This document shows, piece by piece, positions 63,991-64,000 of a stretch of 64,000 nucleotides of DNA (positions within the stretch are counted from its first letter, which is position 1; every line of letters begins with the position of its first letter). Source of the stretch: a virus; the IMG/VR virus record IMGVR_UViG_3300007276_000045, positions 8,735-72,734 of that record; one strand, written 5' to 3'. The position numbers and the translations under genes were made by a program. The notes beneath the pieces are model-generated. The model searched no databases and had not been told where the DNA came from. It was given only the letters and a program-made list of their open reading frames with translations.

Positions 63991-64000
63991 TATTAGGACG

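Noticed and set aside
1-64000. Alternative genetic code or stop-codon reassignment
   Set aside because: Long conserved genes are uninterrupted in the standard code, and TAA, TAG and TGA all terminate genes at expected positions.

Overview
The window is part of a large T4-like (myovirus) bacteriophage genome with two distinct parts. Positions 1 to ~56,000 hold a mostly minus-strand morphogenesis block: truncated tail sheath, neck gp13/14/15-like proteins, major capsid, scaffold, prohead protease, PAAR, baseplate wedge/hub/spike, tape measure, gp26-like chaperone with a probable -1 frameshift extension, collagen-like fibre, portal and large terminase. Interleaved are a Cas4-like nuclease, a TOPRIM primase, a UvsW-like helicase, a glycosyltransferase-like protein and a PAP2 phosphatase. 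After a terminator and a cluster of GGAGTCCC(TAG) repeats (~56,020-56,140), the organisation switches to a plus-strand early/host-takeover region. It contains 22 near-consensus sigma70 promoters in ~7.3 kb, 18 of them placing an ATG at the predicted +1 (leaderless mRNA), and each drives a micro-cassette. Some cassettes encode tiny proteins (acidic DNA-mimic-like, zinc-ribbon, membrane peptides); others appear to encode stem-closed structured small RNAs. The array is punctuated by seven copies of a 25-bp 9-7-9 palindrome (TAAGTCCTT-TGTTGAC-AAGCACTTA), six of them in helical phase with the next promoter. This cassette/palindrome/small-RNA array is the best candidate for an undescribed system. 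All product calls come from motif recognition and gene order by eye, not from database searches.
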